Of a DNA stretch of 64,000 nt, positions 1 to 12,770 are shown piece after piece (positions within the stretch are counted from its first letter, which is position 1; every line of letters starts with the position of its first letter). The DNA is from Camelus dromedarius (lineage: Eukaryota), in contig NC_087437.1 of assembly GCF_036321535.1 (NCBI RefSeq), forward strand, positions 22,880,001 through 22,944,000. The letters are read 5' to 3'. A program made the translations under genes and the position numbers. The notes below the pieces were generated by a model. It worked only from the letters and a program-made list of their open reading frames with translations. It was not told the DNA's origin and did no database searches.

Positions 1-544
1 GTTCTGTAGAAAACCTATAACTGGATTTTAGATTGTATGTTTTGATTATTAATGGATTTTTTTTCAAGTCATAGTCTTTTTACTAGGAATTTTCTTCTTT
101 AAAAAGAAAAAATAGTCTCGTAACACATTTCTTCTTTCGGCCAACTGCAAAGTTGTGTTCCTTTTAATGGAGTGTTGTGAGATAATAAATGGCTATAAAA
201 TATTTTTTAGTATGGAAGCATTTGTGATCTTTTAAACATGATATGTAAACCCTACTTTTGGTTTTGTAAAGAGAAAAAGAAAAAGATAATAGAACACAAG
301 TGCATTAGAGTTGACCTTATTCTATCAGTTTTACTTATATGTCGCATGTCATCAGGGACTGTGTTCTGACGTAATAGAATAAAATTACCTAATTAATCTG
401 GTAAGACAATGACTGTTGATTAAAGGATATTGTGATAATTGTGAAAACTTGTTTTTCAGAGTGATGCTATATACCACAGAATATTTGTTAACTCCGGTAT
501 ATAAGATGTTTCTGAAAGTTAAGGTTTTGACACATGCTATAGTA

Positions 545-990
545 TGTATAGCATGTTGAAGAGCTTGTATTTTATTTGTAAGTCCCAACATGATCTGATC
601 CCAAGTCCCTCTCCAGACTGTTACCTCAAGCCATTTCCTCCTCGTTTATTTCACTGCAGCTGCCTTGGCCTTTATTTCAGTTCTGAGAAGACAGTTTCTG
701 GCTCTAACATGTGCTGGGAACATTCTTACTGCCTCATCCCCAGTCTATGTAATATTATACTCCTCCTTGAGATCTCACCCTAAGTAGCACTTCCTTATGG
801 AGGCCGCCCTTCACCACACAATCTAAAATAGGTCTCTACTTTTCTTTCTCAGTATACTCTATACTTTTCTGTAGTTATAACAAATTTCATAATTTATAAT
901 GTATATGTGTTTAATAACCATCTTCCCAACTCAGGCTGAAAAGCTTTCCTGAGGATAGAGACTATTTTATTTACAACTGTTTACATAGCA
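545..990 (+). mobile_element. Degenerate L2 3' fragment
   Basis: L2-like motifs (cactgcagctgccttggcct, cacttcct..ggaggcc, ttcctgaggatagagact). Boundaries approximate. Confidence 0.5.
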
Positions 991-1120
991 TTTCATGGGG
1001 GAGTTAGGCTAGATCTAGGACTTTTTAATTCAAAATTTGTATCCTTTTTATTCTACAGTAACTGTCTCACTGCCTTTTACTCCAGCTACTTGTAGTAGTC
1101 AATGAAATGTGGGTTGACCA

Positions 1121-1403
1121 ACAATCCCTTATCTGCAAATCCAAATTTAAAAACCTGTAGAAAAATAGGTTTTGTCAAATCAAAAACAAACATGTGAAAA
1201 CACATAAGCTAATTTATCTGGTTTAACCCATGTGGGATGAATAAGCTTATGTTATTTTTGCAGCATAATACGTTTCTCTTGTGACAAGTTGCCCCAGACT
1301 CTCCTGGGGTCATTGCATAATATGAGTATGAAATACATGCACTATTACCTTTCCAAAATTTAAAACCTTCTGAAACAGAAGGTTATTGGATTGAGAGGTT
1401 GTG
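1121..1403. mobile_element. Old DNA transposon remnant (MER113-like)
   Basis: Starts acaatcccttatctgcaaatccaaat and ends gattgagaggttgt (degenerate inverted termini). Family recalled from memory. Confidence 0.4.
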
Positions 1404-4174
1404 TTAGCCTGACTTTGCCTCTTACTACCTATGTGACTTGAGATAAGTTATTTAAGGTATGCTGATAAGATTTCATACTAGAATTACAACTCGGGTACCC
1501 TCTAACTCTTAACCATGTTTCACTTGATCTTAAAATTTCTATTTTTAATTTTTACATTTATAATACTCAATAGACTTTTTCTTTGGGTGGTCACTAACAA
1601 CATAAAAATAAAAAAACGGTAGTGTAATAGGGAATATATTGTTTTGGAACTACTTTGTGCCTCCATATAACTTTAAACTAATACTTTGTTTTAAAAACTT
1701 TGCATATTACACTTTATGTCATACATTCAAGCCTGATGAAAAGTCTGAACAATTTTATTGGAGTGCCTCCAATCCAAGTAGAATTTAAATTATTTCCAAT
1801 TTAAAGACTCTTTCCTTCAAAAGAAAGGTGTTTGTACACATTTTTTTTTTTTGATTCTTTAAAATACACCCATTTTATTTCAGTTTACTTTAAACTGTGT
1901 GCCTGCTGTGTGGAATTTGAATAACTGATTTTAGGATTTTGCTTAAATTTTTAAAAATGTGTACCTTAGTGATAAACGTCTTATCTGAGCTACTGTGTTA
2001 TGCACTGTGGGAATTTGGTAGTCAGAAAGTAAGAAGTTGTATTTTTTACTGCTTGATATGTTTAATAAGTCCAAGCAGTAATGTCTTTAAATTTTATCTC
2101 TCAAACTCTGCTTGAACATGGTAATTTGGTTCTAAGGCAGAACTGTTTTAAATACAAATTGTAAGTATTTTGCCTTTCTTTGAACTACAGTGTGTTCAAT
2201 ACAACTCCGTTCTCATTAATAAAATCTGACTATTTTGATTGTACAGTGAAAAATTCTTGTATGAGTAAGTGATGTGCACTCATTTATTTAAGTTCTTCCA
2301 AAAGATTAGGTAGCAAACTATATGAAAGAATTGTAGTGCTCTTCTTAAAATGAGGCATAACAGGATTTCAGTTAACATTGTCAGAAATCACTGTATGAAT
2401 ATAAAGTTGCTCAATGTGACATTTGTTCATATATTTTATCCTCTTCTATGAGGGACTTGGGTAATGAAGTGTATATTTGACTGTCGTTTGCCAGTTGGAA
2501 AGGCTCCAAAAACAAGGAGGCATTTGTACATGTGCAGATGTTGGCAGGGTTCCCTTTCCTCCTGTTGTCAAAGACCATTTTATTTTCACAAAGATATGTT
2601 TGTATCTGTTCTACAATATGGCATGTGAATAATATACCAATAGTGTATGGAGACTTCTTTTTTTTTTCTTTTTACTTTTTGTATGATAAAACTATATAAT
2701 ATCATGTATTTACTTATTTTCAGTGCTTTCATTTCTTTATGTCAGATTTTTATACATGAATACTTCTGGGAAACAGTTAAATCTTTTATAATCACTTTGC
2801 CTAACTAAATTTTCAAGATTGTGGAGGTATTTTAAGTTGGGAGGAAAAGTTGAAAGTAACATGAGATTGGCAGTTTTTGCACTTCACTTTGGACATCTGT
2901 CACTTCTCCCAATGCCCAGAAGAAATAAAAAAAAAATCTCAGGTATAAGATTGAAGTGTACTTTCCTCTAATTGCTAAAGTATCAGTAGATACTGTCTCT
3001 AAACAAAATCTGATCAATTCATTAACTGTATTTAAAGGTTCACACTATCATATCTAAATTTATAGTTTACATACTTAGCATTTTATCACAAAACTGCATA
3101 TATTTAAATTTAAAAGAAAAAAATGTGTATGTACAATGAACAAGTACAGATATTGTGCCTTGATAGAGCTGAAAGGAAGCTCAAATGAAAACAGGTAATT
3201 ATGGATGAAGTTTAGTTCTAAAAATCTCTTTTGTTTTAAAGTTGATAAAAGCTTTAATGTAAGGATATTACTGAGTTTTTTCAATTTTATGAAAGCTCAG
3301 GGTATAATTAATATTACTTATTTTATTATGGGGTCCAAGAAGACAAGCCTTACGTAGCTCTTTTAATGTATGTAGATTGTTCAGTTTTTAGCAACAGAAG
3401 TAGACTACATTTATATTCTGTAGTGATTTTTGTTGTTGTTTTCCCTGCAGTTTGTGTAAACATCATCTTTGGATAGTATTTTCCCCCAATTTAAGGAGAG
3501 GTGCTAGGCTGACAAATGGCTCTTAAAACACACCTTTGGTCATGTGATCTTACAAGAAGTTGGTTGAAACATTTCATCCCATCCGTTTTTACTCGGGTGC
3601 TCATCTCGTAGGTAGGTTTTTTAGCATTGGAAAGTACCTTAGAATAAGCTTGCCATTTTACTTAGGTTGAAAATGACTTGTTCCTCCCAGTAGTTATAAA
3701 ATCCATTAGAAAATCTTGCTGAGATTAGGAGAATAAATAGTTTAGAAGTTGGGTTTAAGGTGAATAGAAAATGTGGTGGCATTGGAAAGAAAAGCACGAC
3801 TAACGTGGGACCAGAGGTACTTGGTACTTGGAGTGGAGGTTGCATTGATAGGTTATCAGATCGCTCTTTACCAACCTGTGGGTGTAGATTAGAAGATGCT
3901 TCCCAAGAATCCTTCTGAGTTCCACCCCTGCTTGCTTCTGGACTAGATAAGGCCCCTATTAAAGACTCTTTCAGGACCTGCACCACTTTTTAATAACTAA
4001 CACTTATTACACTTATAATTATTTGTTTGGTATCTGTCTTTTCTCAAATTTTTATTTTAGAGACTGTGTAGTTCACTGTTTTTTATTGCCAGCATAGCAT
4101 AGTGCCTGGTGCCTGGTAAATACTTGGTGGCTAATAGGCCTGCAGTCCTATTCATTCAAAAGAAAGGATTGGTT

Positions 4175-4988
4175 CAAGAAATAGGCAGAAGACCTAAATA
4201 GACATTTCTCCAAGGAAGATATACAGATGGCCTGTAGGCACATGAAAAGATGCTCAACATTGCCAATTATTAGATAAGTGAAAGTCAAAACTTACAATGA
4301 GGTATAACCTCACATCGGTCAGAATGGCCATCATTAAGAAGTCTACAAATAACAAACGCTGGAGAGGGTGTGAGAAAAGGATTGGTGGGAACGTAAATTG
4401 GTGAAGCCACTATGGAAAACAGTACGGAAGCTCCTTAAAAAACTAAAAGTAGAATTGCCATATGATTCAGCAATCCCACTCCTGGGCATATATCCGGAGA
4501 AAACTAATTTGAAAAGATACATGCCACCCCAGTGTTCATAGCAGCACTGCTTACAATAGCTAAGACATGAAAGCAAACTGAATGTTCATCAAGAGATGAT
4601 TGGATGAAGAAGATGTGTGTATATATATAGTGGAATACTACTCAACCATAGAAAGAATGAAATCATGCCATTTGCAGCAACATGGATGGATCTAGAGATT
4701 ATCATATTAAGTGAAATAAGTCAGAGAAAGACAAATATCCTATGATTTATGTGGAATCTAAAAAATGATACAAATGAACTTACTTATAAAACAGAAACAG
4801 ACTCACAGATGGAGAAATCAATTTTATGGTTACCAAAGGGGAACGGGGATAAAGGAGAGGAATAAATTAAGAGTTTGGGAATAGGAGATACAAACAACTA
4901 TATATAAAATGCATAAAAAACAAGGGCCTACTGTATAGCACAAGGAGCTATATTCCATATCCTGTGATAAACCATAATGGAAAAGAAA
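4175..4988 (+). mobile_element. 5'-truncated L1 (ORF2 C-terminus plus 3' UTR, cetartiodactyl L1MA9/L1_Art-like) in a DIPK2A intron
   Basis: Classic ORF2 end (gacctaaatagacatttctccaag; agcaatcccactcctgggcatata; gccatttgcagcaacatggatgga). 17-bp TSD aaaagaaa(g/a)gattggtt at 4158-4174 and 4989-5005. Confidence 0.92.
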
Positions 4989-5349
4989 AAAAGAAAAGAT
5001 TGGTTGACTCTACTTATGCAAGTCAGAAAGATAAAGGAAATCATACATACTTTCAAATCTGGTAATAAAGAAGATGTCTTGTGTTTTGTTGATCAATTTG
5101 TTTCTGAGATTTTGATAAGCATACTTATTTTATTTTAGTTTTATAATGCAAAGTTACCAATTCAAAAATTTTTTTCAAGTCCATAGTAATTATAAAAGTT
5201 AAAGAAATCAAATTTATCTCTATTGAACTGCTGAATATAACAAGAAAATCCAAGCCCATGCCTAGTAGGAATCTCTACTGAGGATCTGGGGATAGACCTA
5301 GGATAACTTCATCGGAATCTTTTATAATATTAAGGTAATTCTTTTGTAG

Positions 5350-5653
5350 AGTTTTCCATCTGATGAAGGTTGGCCTTTTGCAAAGTATCTTGGAGCCTGT
5401 GGAAGAATGGTGGCTGTAAATTATGTTGGAGAAGAACTGTGGAGTTACTTTAATGCACCGTGGGAGAAACGAGTTGACCTCGCTTGGCAATTAATGGAAA
5501 TAGCAGAGCAGCTTACAAACAATGACTTTGAATTTGCACTCTACCTCCTGGACGTCAGCTTTGACAATTTTGCAGTTGGTCCTAGAGACGGCAAGGTAAT
5601 CATCGTGGATGCTGAAAATGTTTTGGTTGCTGACAAAAGGTTAATTAGACAAA
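5350..5653 (+). CDS. DIPK2A: DIPK2A (divergent protein kinase domain 2A / C3orf58 / DIA1), internal coding exon, 304 bp
   Basis: Acceptor cttttgtag| ends at 5349 and donor |gtaagt starts at 5654. Translates SFPSDEGWPFAKYLGACGRMVAVNYVGEELW...DKRLIRQ plus 1 nt, recognised as DIPK2A. Includes the kinase-like motifs LLDVSFDN and IVDAE. Confidence 0.96.
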
Positions 5654-7249
5654 GTAAGTATATAATTTTTAGATTTTTTTTCTATGTCAAAATAATGTTT
5701 ACATTAATGTGAAGCAAACCTTTCATTTCCTCCTTAGATGGCAACCCTGCATCTTTCTTTGTACTATTTGACCAGTATCAATAAATGGATGCTGATTTAT
5801 TATACTCACTCTTGTACTCTTAGTCACAATTTCTCCATATTAAGTAAAATATCCTTCAGGTTCAAATGGACACAGATATACTCTGTGTGTGTGTATACAC
5901 ATCTTTTTCATACACTCTGCTATATTCCATGGTTTAGGAGTCTAATGCAGAATTAAGTTTTCATATAGTTACAGGCTATCAGAGAAACTATACCGCTTTT
6001 GTGGAGGCCATGTTTTTCTGTAGAGTCTCTTACAGTGATATTCTGTATTCCACTGTTCTGTGGGGTCCCTCCAGTGATTTTTCTTTTCCTTTTAACCATT
6101 TAGATGATTCCATCACTACACATCTCTAACTTTGATGTGACAGTATTACATCTCATTCAAAACTTTGCTTTCCACCTATTCACAGGAGAGGTGGGCAGAG
6201 TGTCTGAAATGTTTTGAAAATTAAATGTCATAGGAATTTCAAAGTGTCACGGACAAAGCCTGTAGTTCTATAATTAATGTACTTAGTAAAAGAAACTGAA
6301 GTGTTGTTCCATGGTGAGGATCTTGTATTTTTAATCCCCTCCCATCATAAAGGGGTCTTTTGATGAACACAAGACCAAAAGTTTGAGGCACCTAGGGAAT
6401 GAATGCAGTGAGTGTAACAGCAATGTATTAGGTTGACACTAACTTTTTGCATGATATTAGCTTAATCTTGTTAAATATTCTGTTTTCCCAATACCTTCTT
6501 CTGATTCCATACTTACCAAACTTTCTGATTATTCCTTGACCTGCCATGTAGATCCTTCCCCAGGGAGCTGATGTCCTGCTCTAGAGTGCTTCACCCTCCA
6601 CTTGTCTCCTCCTACATTTTTTAATGTTGCATCAGCTTACAACATGATTTTTTCAAATTCAGTGGTTTTTATTATATTCACAGAGTTGTGCAGCTTGCCT
6701 AAACTTAAAAAAAAATTATTCCAGTATTTGTAAAAATAATTTTTTAAAATTTTTTAATGTGGGCGTTCCTGGAATACATGTTAACAGTTTTATACCAACT
6801 AATTCCTGACCTTAGATGAATACAGCATATGGCTTTTTTTTCTTGCATTTCATGCGGTGAGCATTGCTCCAGTGCTACTTCAGCTCTGTCTAGTTCTTTT
6901 CAAATGTCTCATGTTGAGCTATCTAAACAGACACTTTGCGAAAGGCTGTTATCTATTTATTCACCCTCTTTTCTGAACTCTTTCTAGTAAATGACCTTTA
7001 CAGGGAAATTGAGGTTTTATAGTGGCAATTTCCTCAGTGTCCTTTCCTTTATCATCTAAACTGGTAAAAACAATACACATTCATGTCTCTTTTCCAGACA
7101 GAGTAGATCCTTCTTTGAGAACTTGTTGCGTCAGTTTTCTTCTTCAGCTTCCAGCCCCTCTTTCTTAAAATCTAGTTTTTCTTACCTTCCCGTAAACAAG
7201 TATGTATAAGATTCTTTCCTGCTCTCCCATTGTTTATAAAAGTATTGCT

Positions 7250-7957
7250 TGCTGCCTATCTCTACTTTCTAAGCCTGACTCAGAAGTCTGTATTACCATC
7301 AGCAGCCACCTAATTGGCAGACTCATGAACTGTAACAGCTTTCTGAAATTCTTTCCTCCTTTGGTTTCCTTCTACTCCATTTGGTTCCTTTTTTAAAACA
7401 TAAATCTGATCTTATTGCTCCCTTGCTTAATGCCTTTGATGATTTCCCATTGTTTTTCGAGTAAAATTCGAACTCCTTGCCAGAGAATAATTTGCATGAC
7501 TTGGCTCAATTCTCCATTTTTAACATCCCTCCACTGCCCTTATTAATGCTTCAGCTACAGTGGCCTTTTGATTTCTTGAATGACTCTTTCTACTTCTGGG
7601 CTTTCCCATACGCAGTTTTCTTTGCCTAACATGCCTCATCTCTCCTCATATACATAGCTAGCTACTTGTCCTTCAAGCCTTAGCTAAAAATGTTACCTCT
7701 GAGAGAAACTTGAAGGCTATATCTAATGGCAGAGAGGGTTTCTTTCATAAACCTTTCCACTGTTAGGAACTGCTGTTTCCTTCATAGCATTCCCCGCAAT
7801 TTATGATAGATAATGTTTATTTACTTTCTTAATGTATATTTCACATACTTGATTGTAAGCCAGTGAGGACAGGAACCATGTATTATCTATTTACCATTAA
7901 TATATCTTTGCTTGCCATAGAGTAGGCATTCAGATAGTTATTTGCTGAGTGAATGAA
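7250..7957 (+). mobile_element. L2 3' fragment
   Basis: L2 3' motifs, ending gtaggcattcagatagttatttgctgagtgaatgaa. Confidence 0.65.
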
Positions 7958-8552
7958 GGAGTTTCTTTCACTTAACTTCTCCTCTGCCAACCCCTTAAAT
8001 TTTTTTTTTCCTTTGCTTTCAACATGCTTTTCAATATAATTCAGTTGTTCTCTTCGCTCCATCAAGCACTGATATGCTGATGCATTCTTAAGTACATGTA
8101 CTGTTCTTCTGACTCAAGTCATAAGTTTCAGGTCTATTTCTAGTTGTATATATGACCTGCCTACCTGACTACATCACAGCTACTTATCTTTCAAGATCTA
8201 AATCAGTTGTTCTTCTCTTTGCAGCTTTCTGTAGCTCCAGGCAGAGGTAACTGCTTCCTCTGTACTCATGTAGCATCATGTCAGACTTGTGTGTGGCACT
8301 TCCTCTGTATCATGGAGAGTTTCACTCTACACTGAACCCTTTGGTAGAAGGGCCCTTATCTGATCCTTCTGCCTGGCATTGGTGGGCTCCCAATAAATGT
8401 GTATAAATCAGTATATTTAAATGTTTAAAGTTATAATAAAATTTTAAAAACAAATACTACCATGTTAATTAGTGAAATGCTGTATTTTGGGAAGCAATGA
8501 AAACTCTTTTAAACAAATATTTTTCTTTTTCTGCTCTGTCCCCTTTTCGCAG

Positions 8553-8884
8553 ATAAACCTGAAAATTGGGATGTATGGTATGAAAGCAAATTTGATGACT
8601 GTGATAAGGAGGCTTGCTTATCATTTTCAAAAGAAATTCTTTGTGCTCGTGCCACTGTGGACCACAATTATTATGCTGTTTGTCAGAACCTCTTATCTAG
8701 ACATGCCACCTGGCGTGGCACTTCTGGAGGACTCCTCCATGACCCACCAAGTGAAATTGCCAAAGATGGCCGACTAGAGGCCTTGCTGGATGAGTGCGCC
8801 AACCCAAAGAAGCGCTATGGCAGATTCCAGGCTGCAAAAGAACTGCGTGAATATCTAGCACAATTAAGTAACAATGTGAGGTAG
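8553..8884 (+). CDS. DIPK2A: DIPK2A terminal coding exon (332 bp to TAG stop)
   Basis: Long polypyrimidine tract and cgcag| acceptor ending at 8552. The phase matches the upstream exon (a+at = Asn). Translates NKPENWDVWYESKFDDCDKEACLSFSKEILC...YLAQLSNNVR*, the known DIPK2A C-terminus. Confidence 0.96.
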
Positions 8885-10349
8885 TCTATGGTGAACTTTT
8901 CTCTTCTCCATTTAAATAGCACTGGCTAAAACGAAACCACCAAAAACTATCTGGAAAAATGAAAGTTGGGAGTAATACATTCAGAAGGTGATAAACTTGC
9001 ACTGATAGATCTTATGTTAACATCCATCAGCATAAGACATAATTTCAAAAATCACGTGATGCTTCTGCAAATAAGTTTGGTCTTTCACTTTGGAGACTTG
9101 AGCTATCGTTGACTGCTTTACCCCCGAATGCCTGAGTGGATTACTGAATATTGTTAAGCTATTGGAAATGAGTCTGATAGTTACATTGGCTTGTGTATCA
9201 AAGGGTACTTGGTACTTGACTTAGTTTTCATTACTATCATGATTTTGTGAATCTCTTATACTTACTTTGAATGTCAAGTTAGATTGGCCTGTTTTATAGG
9301 CCACTTATTCCTTCTGATGTGTAACGTTTGTTTGTTTTTTTTTCATTTTTATGTTTTTTATTAAATTTTACACATTCAGGTTATGTAGGTTTTCATTTAC
9401 ATTTGGGCTAGTTCTCATTCAGTGCTATGCGGTACACATTTACTGTTAGGGCAGGATTCCCAGGTTTACTGTGTTTTTTTTTGGAAAGCTGAATATTTTA
9501 TTATGTAAATACATTTCTTTCTACTTTCTGTGGTTTCACCACTGCATGAGATCATTTAAGGTTATTTAACAGTTACATCCCTCTCTGCCAATAATTGTAA
9601 GTGTACACTAAACATGAACTTTGGCATATTGCAAAATGTCATTTTTGTCCTTTAAAAGGCTTTCAGAGTATATTAGCAATCTATACCTTGATGTTAATTT
9701 TAATTGAGGAAGAAAACCCAGTATTTTTTAAATGCTAACTAGTCCAAGATAGTAATGCATATGCCAAAGAAATATTAGACCTAGTCCTATGGTTAGATTT
9801 TAAAATTGGTCACCTACTTATTCTTATTATCCTATTTCCAGTACTTCAGCTCTGTCATTATTAAATTCACATCTCCCTAGTTATTTTATGTTGAAAAATT
9901 AAGCTATTGCTCCCAAGCATATGTAACTTAAAGATGTCCTACCTTTTATTGATTGGTAGTTTTGCAGAAACCAACATGGTAGTCACAGTTTGAGTTTAAT
10001 CTGGCATCCTAACTTTTTATTTATTGGTGGACTAGTAATATTTACTGTAAAGCAGACGGTTTAGCCAGTCTGCGCAGCTTGGTCTTCATTACCCAATTAT
10101 TAAACATCAAGACATCAAATTTAAGTATGTGGGTAAAAATTAACAAGCGTGTTAAAGTTCTGTGAGCTATTTTTAAAAGTTACAATATATAAATTGACTA
10201 TCACTAACATAAGTGATATTTTCCTGTTTGAAATTATAACTTTTCTTTATGGCAAAGTTTGTTCTAGTGTGCAGTATTTAGTTCTAGACTGACTTTATTC
10301 TAATCAGACAGTGATTAAAATGTGCACAACCAAAGCCAAGTTTTTCTTT

Positions 10350-10400
10350 TTCATTCATTCAGCAACTATTTATTGAGCATCAGCTCTGTGCCAGGTATAT
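10350..10400 (-). mobile_element. L2 terminal fragment within the 3' UTR
   Basis: ttcattcattcagcaactatttattgagcat...tgtgccagg is the reverse complement of an L2 3' end. Confidence 0.65.
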
Positions 10401-11396
10401 CACTAGCTGCTACACACTGTCTGAACATGACATATGGTTAAGTTACTTTACAGTAATTGTCAAAGACTTTAATGTAGGTATTTCTTAAGTTGAAATAGCA
10501 TTCATTACATTAGAATGATGCTTTTGTGTTATCTTGTTGTGATGGAAATTCTGCTCGTACCATCTATCACTGGGTTGCTACAAAAACAGCAGGAGAAAAT
10601 CAATAGAGTTAATACCAGTTTAAAAACTGGAAGAAGGGTAAGATCGCTTCATTATAAAATAGATTTCATTATGTTAATTTTTATACATCAGTACATTACA
10701 TATATCAACTAACCCTCAAAGAAACATTTAATTGCTGGAAATTTTACTAAGCTGACTTTACAACTTTGGAAAACTTTTGAGGGGAGTGGGTAAAATTGCT
10801 AGTCAAACATTCACCTCTTATTCAAAACCTTAAATAAAATACTCATTTTCAAAATGGAGTTCCTTTTATATTTGATAAGTATTCATTACAAAACTTAGAA
10901 TGCCAGTCATAGAGGAGTCGTCCTTCTGTGGTTTAGCAAACATTTATCTTACTTTTTGGAAGAGTGATTGCAGAACAGGAAGTGAAAAACACTGCCAGCA
11001 GTGATCGCTACTTGAGGTAGTTTTTTGTAACTACCATTTCCCCCATGAGATTATGTGGAATTTCTTTTATCTTTGGAAAAACTGAGAAGATAGTAAAAGA
11101 ATTAGGAATTTAACATTACAGGGAAAAATAGGTATGTGAAAAGCAATAAATATTTTGTTCACTTTGCTATCAAGATGTTCACTATCAGATATTTATTATA
11201 CAGCAGCAATTTATATTTTTAATCATTTCCCATTAATAGACGCAGTAAAATATTTTTGAATCAGACATTTGGGGTTTGTATGTGCATTAAAATTGTCTTT
11301 TGTACTGTAAGTTACTGTTTAATTTGAATATTTTATCAGAACTGTCTCCCTGTGCCTTTATAATATAAAGTTGTTTCTACAACTTTTAATGAACTT

Positions 11397-11402
11397 AATA
11401 AA
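11397..11402 (+). terminator. Probable distal polyadenylation signal AATAAA
   Basis: AATAAA with upstream TGTA motifs and a downstream U/GU-rich region. Repeat-rich sequence begins ~230 bp later. Confidence 0.65.
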
Positions 11403-11634
11403 GAGTACTTTAAGAATCACACTTTTCAGACTGTCTCTTTTCAAATATACGGCTTATTCTTGAGTGGAAAATAAGGTTATACAGATACAAGTTTTTTTTT
11501 TTCCCCTCTTGCATGTATTTTAATATAATTTTCAGAAACTGGTTGGGTGTGAACTGGACTTAAGGTATGTGTGTTTTCTTCTGTTTTTCTGTAGTAGTTG
11601 GTGATTTTTTAAACTTTTACTAAAATGGGATAAA

Positions 11635-12770
11635 AAAACTTCATTCTGCAATTTTTCAAATGTATACAAAAGAATAATATAATGAACAATAATAAACTGA
11701 TTATACTAACTTCAAAAGTTAGCAACATGTGGCCAAACTTATTTCATCTATACCCCAACCTACTTTCCCCCTCCTTATTTTGAGATATCATTTGATTCTG
11801 ATGTACACATTAGGCATTTTATCCCCCTCAACAAAAATTTCACATCTAAAAAATTAACAGTAGTACCTCAATATCGCTGAAGAGGGAAAGCTGTCAAAAA
11901 CTCAAAGGTATTTTCTCAAAAGCTCAAGATTGAACTGCAGAGGCTCTAAACAACTAGTGATGTACATGAAATGATTTGATGATTCATAAGGATAGTAACT
12001 GAAATGGATTGAAATGTATTAAATATGTAACCTATGTATTCAAAATGATAAATGTGACCAAAAACAACAAAAACCAACTCAGTTACCTTTGGAAGGATGT
12101 TGAGGGATTATTCTGAAGACTGGTAACTTGGAGAGAAAGGAGCATTAATCCTGCCTTACTCCAGGATAATCAAATTACTGAGGGGAAGAATTGGTAGAAT
12201 TACTCCAGTTAATATATGCAGAAGGAGTGCTATTAGAATATCACTGTTTTTAAAGTTCTAATGAATTGGCAAGAGCTAGACAATGATCCTCAATGGCTGC
12301 CAAAGCTATTAATTGAAAAGCTGATGAACTTTGGATGGATGGATCAGGATGGTAGCACCTGATGGACTTATTGGTTAATCTTGATGTGTGTTCTAATATG
12401 ACTCAATAAAAAGTACCCAGCACCACCTATGCAGTGTCTTGACAGGAGAAAAAAAATCCAGAGTCTCATCAAGCCCCTAGATCTGCCTACTAACTGGAAA
12501 TACACAGCACAAAGAAACACGTTGCTGAACACCATGGGGATGCAATCAACAAAATCCAGAACACAGGCAATTCTGCAGGATAAATGGCTTGGTTTTGTTT
12601 AACAGATTGCAAGGAAAAGGAAGGAGACCCTTTGCATTAAAAGAGACTTAAATAACACACAAAGTAAATACAAATGTTACCTTTGTATCCTGATTTGAAC
12701 AAATCTACTTTAAAACCAAGTGGAAACAGATTTGAACAACCGAACAATAGGTGGATGTCTTGAATTACCT
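11635..12770. mobile_element. Old L1MC-like 3' UTR fragments (minus ~11635-11870, plus ~11900-12770)
   Basis: L1MC-type motifs ttatttcatctatacccc; atcaagcccctagatct; ggggatgcaatcaacaaaatccaga; attaaaagagacttaa. Confidence 0.6.

Larger units (their letters stand above)
8885..11420 (+). other. DIPK2A: DIPK2A 3' UTR (end approximate)
   Basis: AU-rich, almost repeat-free sequence after the stop codon, ending in AATAAA followed by a U-rich tract. The end is inferred. Confidence 0.7.

Noticed and set aside
5654..5712. Extension of ORF 5407-5712 (SKYIIFRFF...)
   Set aside because: Read-through into the intron past the consensus GTAAGT donor.
8472..8777. 101-aa ORF overlapping the last DIPK2A exon
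   Set aside because: Alternative frame starting in the intron, with no recognisable protein.
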